In this document: positions 13,197-27,005 of the stretch, piece by piece
How the letters are laid out: the number at the start of each line of letters is the position of its first letter
How positions within the stretch are numbered: the first letter of the stretch is position 1
NCBI GenBank assembly: GCA_964247055.1
Contig: OZ176052.1
Span: forward strand, 9,300,001-9,364,000
Direction: 5' to 3'
Origin: Paragordius varius
Lineage: Eukaryota > Animalia > Nematomorpha
Length of the DNA: 64,000 nt
Translations under genes and position numbers: made by a program
The notes under the pieces: generated by a model
The model's database searches: none
What the model saw: only the letters and a program-made list of their open reading frames with translations
What the model was told of the DNA's origin: nothing

Positions 13197-15999
13197 ATGG
13201 TAATATTAGGGTTAACATCTTTGCTTTCCACGTTGGCTTGGTGTACGTTTATCCTTTTCGTATTTTATTGTGCCATTCCTGTTTACAAGGTACGTCGGAG
13301 TGGTTTGAAACATCCTCCAACATTTCCTTTGATAGGGACAACCATATGGGTCATTTTGTATGGCATACAATACTGTTATATGGAGTGGATTAAGCGATAT
13401 GGACACCTGTTTGTCATTATGGAAGGACCGAGAAAAATTTTGGTTGTTAGCGATCCCCAAATGTTAAAAGATGTTTTGGTTAAAAGTTTTTCCATCTTTC
13501 CGAATCGCCGTGTCCTACGTATCGGTAATACACTCTTGTTAAAATCTGTGTTCACGTCGGAGGATGAGGAATGGAGAGATGTAAGACGTATTCTCATACC
13601 AACATTCACAAGCTACAAAATGAAAACTAACATGTTCCCTCTCATGTACAAATGCTCGAGGCAAATGGTGACACATTTTATGGACAAATTGGAGGCAATA
13701 AATGGTACAACAAAATCAAAGAAAGTCACCATAGATAGCAAAGCAATATTCGGCTGTCTAACAATGGATGTGATAGCATCAACAGCGTTTGGGCTTGATT
13801 TAGACTCCTATCAAGATGCAAATAACGAATTCGTTGTGTAAGTTTGTTTATAATGTTGAATAGCCTTCGGTTTTTATACCGTTATTTGTTAGTTTCTAAC
13901 ATTTTTAGGGTTTAAATTGAGAAACCATTTTTTTGGAATATATGATGTCAATTTCAAATTGACAAGATTGTAAAAATTTTAATTATATTTTTTAAAGTAT
14001 ATTTATACCATACGCTATAGACAAGCTAGAAAAGTGTTTGAATTTGAAATCGATTCTCCTTTATTCATTTTGTGGAATATGTTTCCTTTCATAGTGCCAG
14101 TATTTAAATTGTTGAACATAAGTATAACTGACGAGTCAAGTTTAAATTTCTTCATCAATGTTATTGAATCAACAGTAGCGGAAAGAAAGTCTCGGAATAT
14201 TAAAAGGTAAATTTTTTAAATGTCTTTTAATAAATACATGCATTTACCATATAATATTGATATCATTAATGATACCCAAAATTAAATATTATTAATTTTT
14301 ACACCAAACTTTTTCACAACGATTATAATAGTCAAATTTTTTGGAAATTTTTGTTTGACAAGAGCAATAACTGTTGCTCATTTTTGAAGTGTTATACGAA
14401 TTTGCATATTCTCAATTTAAAAATAAAGGGATGATTTGATATTTTGAAATATAAGTTTAGTTTAAAATAAATACCATTTTTAGACATGATTACCTCCAAT
14501 TACTAATTGATTGTTCGGCAGAAAACGATGACCACAAAAATGAAGATGATGCCTTTAAACAAAAAGAAAACTATCAAAAGGTTAGCAATGGATGTCCCAT
14601 GTCCAAAAAAGTTTTACAGGTGGATTTGGAAAAATATATAATGCATGAAGACACTGAACAAAGTTTAAACAGCGGAAATAAAACTGATAATTCTAAGATT
14701 AACCCTAGCATAGTGCATAAAGATGACAAAACTATTATGAAATTAACAAGAGAACAATATGTAGCTAATGCCTTCCTCTTTTTCGTAGCGGGTTATGAAA
14801 CAACGGCAAACGCTTTAAGTTGGATAACTAACACTCTTGCCTGGTATCCTAGAGTACAAGAACGTCTTAGGGAAGAAGTCTTGATAATGTGGAATAGAAA
14901 AAATGGACACAAAAAATTTGGTAAATATTTTTATCATATATATCAATAAAATAAATTGGAGAAAGGAGTGACATAGCTGATATATTAGATTGACCACATT
15001 GAGTCCGTAAAAAAATTTGCGAACTTATTAAAATTGTCTTGAATCATGTATAAAAATACTGAAAAGAATGTTATAAAAAATGGTGTGTTAATATCAGGGA
15101 CATAAGGCAATTATATAATTTTATCGATTTAGATTACCTTTCAGAAAAATCGGATATAACTTATGAGGACGTTTTAAGCCTTAAATATTTGGATCTGGTG
15201 GTCAAAGAGGTCATGAGATTATACCCTCCTGTGACGTTGATAGACAGAGTCGCGTCCCACGATTATATTTTAGACGGGGAAGTTTTTGTGGAAAAGGGAA
15301 CCATCATACAAATTCCAATTTATGCTATGCATAGAGATCCAACAATTTGGGCAGATCCCGATGACTTTCGACCTGAACGCTTTGAAGATGGGTAATATTA
15401 AAATTGATTTAAATAACGGCTAATTTAAATTAATCAATTACGAATGCTTACGGCCAGACTGATACCTCACTTTAACTAACATCAAATGGTTGATCATATG
15501 TTCTCATAAAGTTAATTACCAGAACCTAAGTGCTAAAAATGATTTTATGTAACAAAGAATATTTTTGACCAAATTTTATATTCGACCAAGTAACTGTTAT
15601 TATAACCATCGAAACTAATTGAGTGTTTTTAAAGGTTGGATTTGTTATATTATCTACAGTTAATTTGAAACTGTCCCATCTAATCGGGTTTTTGGTTCTT
15701 TACAATATTTACTAATTTTGTATTTTCCATTAAAAATAATTTTTCGGCTCTTATTTAGGCTTAAAGATGAAGAGTACAGTTATATGCCGTTTGGTTTTGG
15801 CCCTAGGAACTGTATTGGTTTGAGGTTTGCTCTATTGGAAATAAAATTATCCTTGATTCTACTGTTGTTAAGCGGAATCCGGTTTTCGGTTGCACAGGGA
15901 GATGTGGTTAAAGACAAGACACCCTATAACACCCAATTCAAAAAGAATGGTATTCATTTCCCAGCGCATGGATTGAAAGTTTCATATGAACTTATATGA
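13197..15999 (+). CDS. Cytochrome P450, CYP3 clan, paralog of the minus-strand CYP, 5 exons, ~587 aa
   Basis: Exons 13197-13837, 14021-14206, 14484-14920, 15133 (or 15145)-15391, 15759-15999, phase-compatible (1764 nt). [33 protein letters not shown]. Confidence 0.93.
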
Positions 16000-17696
16000 A
16001 ATAATTATTTTTACATCACCAACTACTTAAAATCCTTTTTTAAAGATTTTACGAAATTGATGCTTATGTTAATACACGATCGTTTTCATACCATCACATA
16101 TATTGCAACAATTTATATTTTTTACTGAAAAATTATCATATTATCTATTTAAATAGTTTTAGATTTCTATAAATTGAAAATTGATTAAACCATTATTTAA
16201 ATTGAGAATAAATTAGATGTTTGGAATTGTCCGAGTAAAAAGTGAATTATTTTTCCGTTTTGAGGTGCATTTAATGAGGATATTGCTTGCTATTGTTTTA
16301 AAACAGCAATAAAAATTCCAAAATATAGCGATTTTCTTAATTATACATAAACTTTTATTTAATATATACAATTAAAATCCACGTTATAAATCCAATATCA
16401 CATTTTGCAGGTTTTTACCTTCGGGCACTCTAGAATGGGAAATATAATATATGTTTATATATGTAATTTAATATTAAACAATGAAGTAACTTCCTCATAT
16501 ATTAAAATTTTTGAATACATCCAAATTTGGTTTAAACCCCTATCTTAACATTGATTTATACAAATTTGCATTTATTGATTAAAATTCCCTACCACCAACG
16601 TTAGATTATTCTCTATATCCAGGACTTGAAAACCCTTGATGCATACTCAATATAAATTTAAATGGCGCGTTTTTTTCAATGCCAATGTCGCACAGACTAA
16701 AATAACAAATATAAAAACGATCTCCCCTGGTATGTAAATTATTATTTCTAGTATAAATATATACTTTTAAATTTTTATAGTTTAATCTTGAGCATCGCTA
16801 TTTGATAATTTACCTAATTCTAATCTGCATAAAAATGATATTTTGCCATTATTAAGTAAATAATGTACAAATTACATTAATTTTATAAATTTTAATTTTA
16901 TATTTTCTTATTTTTAAAATATTTAAAAATGCCACCAAAATTTTATAAAAAACCGCGCAGAAAAATAAATAAAACAACATAGCAAATAAATTCATAATAT
17001 AAGAAATACAAATAATTTGAAATGTTGATATTTATCGATTTCGCAGCTGTAAATTTGGGATTCTAGAAGTCAAAAAACAGTTAAAACAAGTTTTATATAT
17101 AACAAAAGATGAGGGTCTGATAATAAAATACCAAACCTTCAAAATATTAGTTTGTTTGTTACTTTGGAGAACACTACCCCAAAATGTCATTGCTTATAAA
17201 AAATGCTATGGTCATTAAGTGTTAATAAATATGAATATTTGACCCGACAATCGGTTTCACCAAAATCCTATAAGATACATGTTTTAATAAAAAATGCATT
17301 TCAAAAAATTTGTTATGTATAAACTTAAAGAATATTTTAAATGACAAAATTTGATTATACAATAGTAAATATATCTTACAACCTCATCAAATTAACAAAT
17401 AGCATTACACTAGACAACATTTTTTTCGGCCACTCGAGTTTTTTGTATTTTCTGATATTTAGTATGATTTTAACAGTTAATCTTAAATAAAAATTATAAT
17501 TCCACCTAAGTATAATTTGATTTTTTAGGGATATGCGCCCTCTTTATCAAAATTATAATAAAAATGGTTTTCTTTGAAAATATGCAACAAATGCCCATTT
17601 GTAATATTTCATTCGAAAGAGATAAACTCTGTAAAATGTATACTAATATTGGATATAGGATGCGACAAATGCGCGAAGAGAGCGTTCTTTATTAAT

Positions 17697-18291
17697 ATAT
17701 ACCATTTGCACTTCAAAAAGTGTCCTTGAACACTTCAAGTTGGTCCTTGAACATTTCAAGTTGGTCCTTGAACATTTCAAGTTGGTCCTTAAACACTTCA
17801 AGTTACTCCTTTGACTTTTTTGTTTTATTTTTAACTTTTATCAACCAAATCGTAAATAATTCATCTATTTAATTATTTTTAACCTATTTTCTATTATTTA
17901 AATATAAATTTTAAATCGATATCAACTTTTAATTTTTGAGAAACCGTATATCTTTATTAATTTCTTAAAATATTTTTGGATATTTATAAGATTTTAACAC
18001 GAATGAAAAAATATATAAGTTTTCTGGGTTATTAATTAAAAATTTTCATTAAAAACATTTAAAAGTCATTAATTTTGTTCAATTGGAAAAAAATAGTTTG
18101 AAACAAAAAAAAGTGGTTTTCAATAAAAATTTTTATAATTAAATGAATAAATATTAAATAAATAAAGAAAATTAAGTAAATAAATAATAAAATAAAAAAA
18201 TAAATGCAAAAATTATGGTTAAATTAAAATTTATTAATTTTAAGGACCAACTTGAAGTGCTTACAGCACTCTTGAGGTGCAAATGGTATAT
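17697..18291. mobile_element. TIR MITE with a 4 x 21-bp tandem repeat in the left arm
   Basis: TIR ATATACCATTTGCAC(T/C)TCAA at 17697 and inverted at ~18272-18291. Unit ccttgaacacttcaagttggt at 17724, 17745, 17766, 17787, with one inverted unit at ~18242. A related degenerate element lies at ~49887-50100. Confidence 0.8.
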
Positions 18292-20582
18292 TTTTAAAAC
18301 TAATGGATGAAAATAGCTCAACTTTGTGTAGATAGCAATGAATGACCAAAAAAGATAACAAAAGAAATTTTTTTATTAAAACACTTATTTATTGCTTTTA
18401 TGTCATTCAAATAGTTATTTTTAAGTTTTTTGTTTTTTTAAAAATTACCATCTCATATAAATTTAATTTTCGTAAGAAAGCTTATAATTTCAAATTTTAA
18501 AGACTAAAAATATAAATTAAGGTATTCTTGATCTTTTATAACCATTATTGTATAATTTTAAAACTATGCATTTTACTATCCACTAGGTAAAATTTTGATA
18601 ATAAAATTTTTAATTAAAAAAGCAACCAAAAGCTTTTTCAAAGATTTTTTAAAAATATATAATTATATAAACCCAATAATTATGTTTAAATAATTTATAT
18701 GATTTTTAAATTAGTTGTCTGTAAAAATCTTTGACTTATTTAAGGGTAAAATTTTCACCACATAAACCCAAATAACTTTTACATCAGATTGTTTTAAATG
18801 ATAAACCACCATTCGAAAGATACAGTTTTTCGCCCTCTGAACGATATATAATACATGGCTCTATATCTAAAACTGTTAATTTTGAAAATTTGAGTTTAAT
18901 GTTAAATCGGAGCCAAAATTTTCGATACACCCTTATAAAAAATCAGTTAGACCAATTTTATTTTCTGATATACTATTCACTTTAATAAAATAAATTTTAA
19001 TTTTTAAGAATGGCAGTTACAAAATTAAAATTTGTTGTCTAGCGTTATTAAACCAAATATTTTAAAAATTTGATAATAATATTTCCAATCCACGCATAGA
19101 AACCACTCGACCAATTTGTAAATATAGAATTGAATTTTTTGAAAGGTAAATATTTTAAATCAAAATATGTTAGTACATATTGCTTGATGTGTTTCGTCAT
19201 GCCTCGCTCTTAATTGTGTTAAGTATTTAAAAATATAAATTCACAATAGATATGGGAAATAAATGCATTTAAATTGACAGCCATCTCGTTGATTAGAATT
19301 TTCATACCAAGTAAAAATATATATAATCTGATAAGAGGTACACGAATTCTCATGGTTATTTCGGTTTTGGGAGTAAAGTATCGTAAATCTACTTTTGTGG
19401 TGATTTCTACGCATAAAATGACGCAGAATCAGATTTTACCAAATATAGCTTTTATGATAAATTGTAAATAAGGCTTTATACTGAAATATTTTGTAAATAT
19501 TTTTCAATATTTTTAAAAAAGGAAACAAAATTTACAAAATTTTTTATGGTACATGTGGGTTCAAAATTTTCGGACCCCTTTAAAATTGGCAGTGTTTTAT
19601 TAAATAATCTCTACTTTTCCGATATTGAACGAATTTAAGATATGCTAAATTATAACATACAAAATAGTCATTTTTTAAAAAATATATGATTTGCTTGAAT
19701 AAGTATTAAATTTACAATCAATTAAAAATCTGAGGTAATCCAACTTTCAGCATCATTAATTGTATAGAAAATTTATATTTTAACCGTTTTTCTAACGTCA
19801 TTAAATACGCCTTAACAAATTTTGGTATAGGGCCTACAAAACACCATAAGGATCCTAATCTTCTATCAAAATATCACGGTATAATTAAACCAACCAGATT
19901 ATGTACGCTGTGAAAGCACAGTTACATGAGGAATTGTGTAATGACATTATTGATGAATGCGAAACTCCTAAAAGGATTGCTAAAGACATTTTCTTATACT
20001 AAATGTTTAGACATTGTTATTTTTTCCGATCCCACAGTTTTTAATTTTTAAAAGTATAATCTATAAAGTATGTTGAAGTAATATGGTTAAACAAACTATA
20101 TGACTAATATAAAGTTTTTACTTTTTAAAGTTTTGTAAAGCTTAAAATTTTAAACAGCTTTCATTCCACTTAAGTCAAACAGTATATTTCAAATTAAAAA
20201 TTTAATATTTGCTGACAAAATATAACAGTGTTCACCAAAAACTATCCTGATGAAATAAATATAATCTGATAGGAAAATGTACAGGATTATCATGGTGCAT
20301 TTGGTTTTAGCTCTAACGAGTAATTCAAAAGAAAGTTATTTGCACATTTGTGGTTACTGCTCTAAAAATATAAAAAAAATTTGCCTCTCTATAATGGATG
20401 AGTTCTCTTATAGTAAATGCAAAAATGCCGGGATCGCGCGATGCTTATTATATATATGACTGAATTTCATCCAAAAAAATATTTTTAAAAAAATTCATAT
20501 TTTCAAAAACTAATTTTTAGCAAAATTCGGTTGAAGATTTCACACTATTCTGAGGCATCGTGGAAACAGTGTAATGTTTTAA

Positions 20583-20792
20583 GATATTATAAAACCACTT
20601 TTCCTATATAATTCGATAATGCTAAACATTTTTATCGGTTCAGGGGCTCGTTTGTTTTTAAATTTTGTCGATTTTTGTAAAAGACACAATTTTTAACATA
20701 GATTTAAAGATGAAAAGATATTTTAATTATAATTCTGAGTTGATAGAAATATTTAGCATCATCGATTGTAGAAAAAGGTTTATCATAGTATC
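20583..20792. mobile_element. ~210-bp TTAA-flanked MITE
   Basis: About 65-bp imperfect inverted repeats (ttaa|gatattataaaacc..gataatgctaaacatt vs aatatttagcatcatcgat..tagtatc|ttaa), TTAA on both sides. Confidence 0.65.
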
Positions 20793-22151
20793 TTAAGCCT
20801 TATTATGCACTTTTTATCTTGCAATAGTATTTATTCTTCAAGAAAATTTTGCTAATTATATTTTCGAAAAAAGTATGCATTCAATATAAAGTAAATATCA
20901 AAATTCATATTAATTACTTTAATCAAGCAATCTCGGCATTTTTGCATTTATTTTAAGATAACTTCGCCCATTTTGAAAGAACAAAAAATCTATCGAAACC
21001 CTCATCTAAATATCAATTTTAAAAATTTGCTTTTTATTTGTAGTTTATGATAAATTTTAGTGATATATTTTGAAATGAAGCGTTCAGCTTTAACCGAAAA
21101 AATGTTATATAAAATTTTTTGCCAATGTTGCCATTTTTCGATATGGAGCACTTAACACAAAAGTGTAAATAACTTTTTAAAACCACTTACAAGATTAAAA
21201 CCAAAAGCAGATAATCATGAAACATTTTTCCATTAAGATCTCTATACTTCGAGTGGGTATATTTAAATTTGACCCATTGGAGATAACTGCCCCATAAATT
21301 AAATGTTAGCAGAAATTTTGGTGTTGTACCAAAATAATTCAGTCCAGATTCACAGACATTTGATATGGAACAGTTATAAAAGTGGATACTTGATTAAATG
21401 TCATTTAAACCAAAAATATCATAGAAACTCTGAAGCCTTTTTCGAATATGTGTGATGTTATATTTACTCGCACAGTGCAAATTTTTTTTTTAATTTTCAA
21501 TTTGGTGCTTCATTCTATCATGAATAAAATTCATAATAAATCTTCAATATTTTCATGTAATTATAAGATTTTTAACACGCCATTACCTTTTGGGATAGTA
21601 TCCCAAAGCGATTTAAAATTTGAATATCTTAATAAATATTTAAAATATTCCGAATATAAAAATATGCCTTTTTAGCCTCTTAAGCCCATTGTAAATTTTT
21701 TCAAAAAATAAAATTCTTAAACTCCTCACTTTGCCATTTTATAGAATTTTATTTTAAATCGCTAATGCAACAGGTCAAAATGTATATTATGATTAGAAAT
21801 GTAAATAATTAACTTTAAAAGATTTCATGCTACATTCTAGCAAAAACTTGATATATTTTGATTTTAATATCAATTTTTATAATCGTTTTTTTGGAGCTGT
21901 TCCAATAGACTTCCTAAGCCACAAAACTGTAAAAAATATAAACTTTTTTATCTAATACATAATAAAATTAATAATTAAATTTTAACTAAAATAACTTACA
22001 TACCTGTAGTTTATTAACAAAAGATCTCTGGGATAAAAAACTACCCCAAAAAGTAAACTTGGACGAAAAGTCAAGAGGTAATGAAGTGTAGTCACATATT
22101 AACAGTTTTGTAATTTAGAAACAGCATTTAACATTTTTCGGATATACCAGC

Positions 22152-25100
22152 ATGAAAAAGGGCAATAAATTTTATCAGCGTGATAAAGCCACTGAGGCTA
22201 GATTAAAGATGGTAAAAAAGTCCAGACCCATTAGGTAAATTAAAAATTATATTTTTTTAGGAATAAAAAGGGTAAAATTTTAAAGGAAGCCCCCTTTCAA
22301 TCAAAACTTGCTCCTGGTACTCAAGCTCGAATTCAACCAAATCGCAAATGGTTCGGTAAGTTATTAACAATGTTTAGGAAATACTAAAACAATAAGTCAG
22401 GATACTTTGCAAAAATTTAGAGAAGACATTACTAAAGCCATGAGTGATCCATATCAAATAATAATGACACCCTCAAAACTTCCTACTACCTTGTTACATG
22501 CGAGTTCTAAAGTATAAATTATTTTATTTTAGTTTTCACGTCCACAAATTTTACAAGTTAGTAAATTTCAAGATGTTTTTGGGAAAAAGGCTACACGGAA
22601 AAAACCCAACATTAATTTTTTGGATGTCGAGGTATTTATTTTTTACATACGCTAGGATTTTGCAACAAGTATTAGGGATAAAACGGAATCATTTGAAAAT
22701 GCCGATTCAATAGACAAAGAAGTAAATTCCATGTCTTCTGAATTGAATGATTTAGTGTCCGATACTATATTCAACAAAGGCCAGTCCAAACGCATTTGGA
22801 ATGAATTATATAAGGTTTTTTTAGAATATTTCAATGTTTTACATAGTTTTAAAAGTTATCAAATAAGTAAATTGTAAATTATAGAAATTTATCATTTATG
22901 TAGTTTATATTGAGTCTTAGTAATACATATCAAATAAAATTTGTCTCCAGTGGCCCTTCAAAAAACATGTTATAAAATAAATAGGCATTATTGATTGTGG
23001 TGTTATGCGCATTTTCAATGAAAAAAATGGTTTATTAAAATGTTTGTTGAATATTATTAATATTAGATAATATAAATGAAAACGCGTATAAATGATTTTT
23101 AAAATTAATAGTTAATTTTCAATTAAATAATCCTATTTAAGTTTTAAATACATTTACCACACATTATTTTAATATTATATATTTTTTAAATGTTTTCTTT
23201 CTCTTGCAAAAGTTTTACAAATATAATCGATTAGATATTTATTAAATAAATTAACTATTAATTTTTTAAAAATCATCTATATGCGATATATAAAAATGCA
23301 TGATTTTTTACTTTTTTATTAGCTATAATTAAAAATGATCTTAAAAAGGGTCATAATGCGAATAATTAACCATTCAATTTTCGCGAAAATAATCTCCCAT
23401 ATTCAGGAATGATATGTAAATAACCATGATAGTTTTATTTAGTGATAACTAAAAGCCTTAATCAATATTGCGATTCATGTTTTTAAAAAACCATTTATAC
23501 CATTTTTGATGGTTTATGCAAAAATGTTAACGATTCATTAAAAAATATATTTGCATTTGTTGTGATTTTACGACATTAAAACCTAAATCCATCAAAATAT
23601 TTTTTACATATGATAAAAATCGTTATTCTAATTATTAATTATTTTAATACAAATCAGTTACAATATTTTTATTGTTAAAAATAATTTAAAAAATCTGAAT
23701 TAAGTGAAAGTCTATAGAATATTATTCCAAAAATTAAAGCTTAAAATACCTCATGGAAAAGCCGTAAAAAATATTTCTCGAGTTATCTAGCCAATTTATT
23801 TAATACTTAGCATATGATTTATGATTTATTTCAACATTTTCATAATAAATCACATAAGAGAATATTTGTATCCTAATGGCTCTTGTTTTTTATTTTTTCA
23901 ATTATTCTTATAAAAATATAATTACTTTTCTTATTTATTTTGTCAAATCTCATATTATTTCACTCCAAAGGTTATAGATTCATCGGATGTTTTGATTCAA
24001 GTATTGGATGGACGAGATCCCATGGGAACTAGATCACAGCATATTGAAAACTTTTTACGGAAACATAAACCGCATAAACATTTGATATTCCTGTTAAATA
24101 AATGTGACCTTATACCACCATGGTGTTCTAAACGCTGGGTATCCCATCTATCCAAAGAATATCCTACCTTGGCTTACAAAGCATCCATTAACCAATGTTT
24201 TGGCAAGGGTTCCTTAATCAATGTTTTGCGGCAATTCGCAAAGGTATAGATTCGGTTAAAAATGGAGATAAATGTAATTTTTTGGTATCTTTGATTAGAG
24301 AAAAAAATCAAAGTTTTTCAGAATTTGATAAAATATTTAGAATACCTGGTTTCCAATTTTTGTATTTTTTGGATTTAAAGCAAAATACTAGCGCCTATAT
24401 TGTAATGTAAAATTTCTCAATCAAAAATTTCTATAAAACAGACTCCTAAACTTTATGAAAGTTAGCCCAATTATAACTTGCTACCCAAATTCTTTCCAAA
24501 AAAGATTATTTATGTATAACATTGTTTTTAATATTTATTAATAGCTTCACCCAGAACGTAAGCAAATTAGTGTTGGTTTTTTCGGATATCCCAATGTTGG
24601 AAAGAGTTCCATAATTAATAGTTTGAAGGCCAAAAAGGTATGTCAAGTGGCTCCAACGCCTGGTCACACCAAGGTAAAACATATTTTTTACAATAATATT
24701 ATATCATATATTTAAAGATATGTAATCGTATCATTCAATATGTTATAAATTTAAATAAAATTCTTTTTATATTATGATTAGAAATATTTAGTCCGTTATT
24801 AACATTAAAATTTATAACTAATTAAGTTATATGGTTTACCTTAATATTTAGGTCTGGCAATATATTACGCTAATGAACCGAATATATTTAATTGATTGTC
24901 CCGGTGTTGTATATCCAGAAAATAATTCAGAATCCGATCTAATCCTTAAAGGAGTGGTATAACAAAATCATTTTTAATTTTTGTATTCCAAAAAACATAT
25001 TTCATATGCGTAATATATAGGTTCGAGTTGAAAATGTTAAAGATGCTCACAATCACATCCAAAATCTTATAGATAAAATGCCCAATCCCTCATACCTACT

Positions 25101-25527
25101 TAATACATATGACTTAAATTTATATTACAACAATGGTGTTAAACCTTTGCTGCCTATCAAGCAACAAGGAAAAATAGATCATGACCAATCTCTAAATGAC
25201 ATTAAAACAATAGAAACTAAAGCTGAAACAATAGGAACTAAAGCTGAAGTCGTTAATTTAAATGAAAATATTAACATAGAAGGAGATGAGGAAATATTAC
25301 GCAATAAAAATGTTGAGCGAATTGAATCAGGCAAACTCTTAGAATGTTTGGCTTTACGCATGGGTAAATTGTTGAAAGCCGGTGAACCTGACATTTGTAC
25401 GGCCGCAAAAATTATATTGTATGATTGGCAAAGGGGAAAAATCCCATACTTTACTATGCCACCCAAGGAGGTTAACGAAACTGACAAATGTGATGATAAT
25501 ATTTCCAATGTGGAAACAATGGCATGA
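22152..25527 (+). CDS. GNL2: Nucleolar GTP-binding protein 2 (circularly permuted GTPase, NOG2), 9 exons, ~527 aa
   Basis: Exons 22152-22234, 22261-22355, 22378-22511, 22533-22631, 22656-22814, 23971-24243, 24545-24673, 24852-24956, 25021-25527 (1584 nt). Motifs [30 protein letters not shown]4 NKCD, G1 GYPNVGKS, G3 [24 protein letters not shown]. An additional upstream exon is possible. Confidence 0.95.
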
Positions 25528-27005
25528 ACAATGATGGCTAACTCGTATAAAATAAATAAATTTGTTATAATAAGTTTTTCAGATCATATTGATCTTTATG
25601 AACGTCATTTGGAAGTCAATTTTAAGTCTCTATGATATTTTTTCAAATAGTTTACGGTTGAAAGCCATAATATTAAATTTTCTTATCGTCAGATTTTATC
25701 TATTTGATTTCATCCAGTTTTTGTGGGGACGACCAGGTACAGATGTTAAATCCGATTTATAACATTGCTTTTATGTGTAATATAATCATCTATTCATTGA
25801 ATATGACCACTTAACCTAATCATTTAATTTAATTATTGAACTCGAATCTACAGTGTGTAAGGAATATAATTATTACTCTAATTAATTTGGCAGGGTTTAG
25901 GAAATAAATTATTTTAAAAAAATCTATTTATCGTTCCATATTTTACCTATTTCCCAAATATATAGGATATTTAATATATTAATGATATTCTGAAAAAATT
26001 GTTGTCTTGTTATATTTCTTCTAACAAATATTATTGACCATTATGCAATATATACTTGAGAATACATATTTTAAAAACGCCAACAAATAATTTTACAATC
26101 CTCGATGCTTTTTCATAATTACATATCATTGGCTTAGCTTTTTGCCCTGATTAAATTGTCAAATGCATGATGCTAATTATTAGAATACTGTTTAATAATA
26201 TTAATTTTAATAAGGAAAACAATAATACTTAATTTTCTTAGATTAATATAAAGGATTAATACTCTTGTGGACGATCCTACTTTATTATCGATTCTTAAAG
26301 CGCTTTAACTTAGAGATGCGAATCATTTAGAGTATAAATTTCCTCGCATAAAAAAATCGCAAATATAGCGTAGTAAACAAGTTTTTTAATGCTCACTTAA
26401 AATATCTGTATTAAAGTCGTTAAGGAAATTTGCATCACCCGAAATGTTACCACAATTTCTCTATAAAATTTGATGCCGCTCCTATTTAGCCAGATACAAA
26501 TTATCGTATGAGTAAGCACAAAAATCAATAGCGAAAATTAAAAATTCTGGCTAGAATACAGCATCTGTTTTGTAGAAAAGTGATTTTATAATATTTGTAC
26601 CATTATATTGAATTCCTTTTCTTTAAATAAGCTATTAAGAATAAGAAGAGAACAAAATTTATTTTGATGAAATATTATACACTTTCATCACTTCATATAA
26701 ATACTTGTCAATTTTAACCGGTAAAGGTTATTATAAAGTATTATATGACCAAAAAAATATTAATATTAAAAAATAATCATTGAACAATTTTTCTATTTAT
26801 ACGCAAAGTTAATCATTTTATGGAATCGGATAATAAGTAAACAGCGAATCATATAACCGGTTACGATTAACTCTAATATTAAAAGAATGTGTGTTGACTA
26901 TGGAATTGCATAAACATTTGAAGAATTAATGAATATATAATTAATATCAAAATAATTTATGTATACAAATAAAGGTAACACCACACCAAATAAAATTAAT
27001 CAAAC

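Noticed and set aside
12020-13609. ORFs 12020-12265 (+), 13212-13460 (-), 13376-13609 (-) and similar ones at 25179, 29496, 31228, 32898, 44331, 46552, 52044, 59901, 60023
   Set aside because: Antisense or alternative-frame shadows of well-supported coding exons.
7439-15999. Thromboxane synthase (TBXAS1) call for the CYPs
   Set aside because: The long H-I loop is similar, but the I-helix Thr is kept, unlike CYP5A1; orthology needs a tree, so no symbol is given.
17724-17807. CRISPR-like array of 21-bp partly palindromic repeats
   Set aside because: Repeats are contiguous with no unique spacers, lie inside a TIR element, and no cas genes are present in this eukaryotic context.
19274-21675. 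Short ORFs in the gene-poor 16-22 kb stretch
   Set aside because: Composition (F, I, K, N, Y, L) is that of random AT-rich repeat DNA, with no motifs.
22152-25527. Ciliate origin or reassigned stop codons, suggested by tiny introns and AT richness
   Set aside because: Conserved genes have no in-frame TAA/TAG/TGA after splicing and end at TAA or TGA; the standard code fits.
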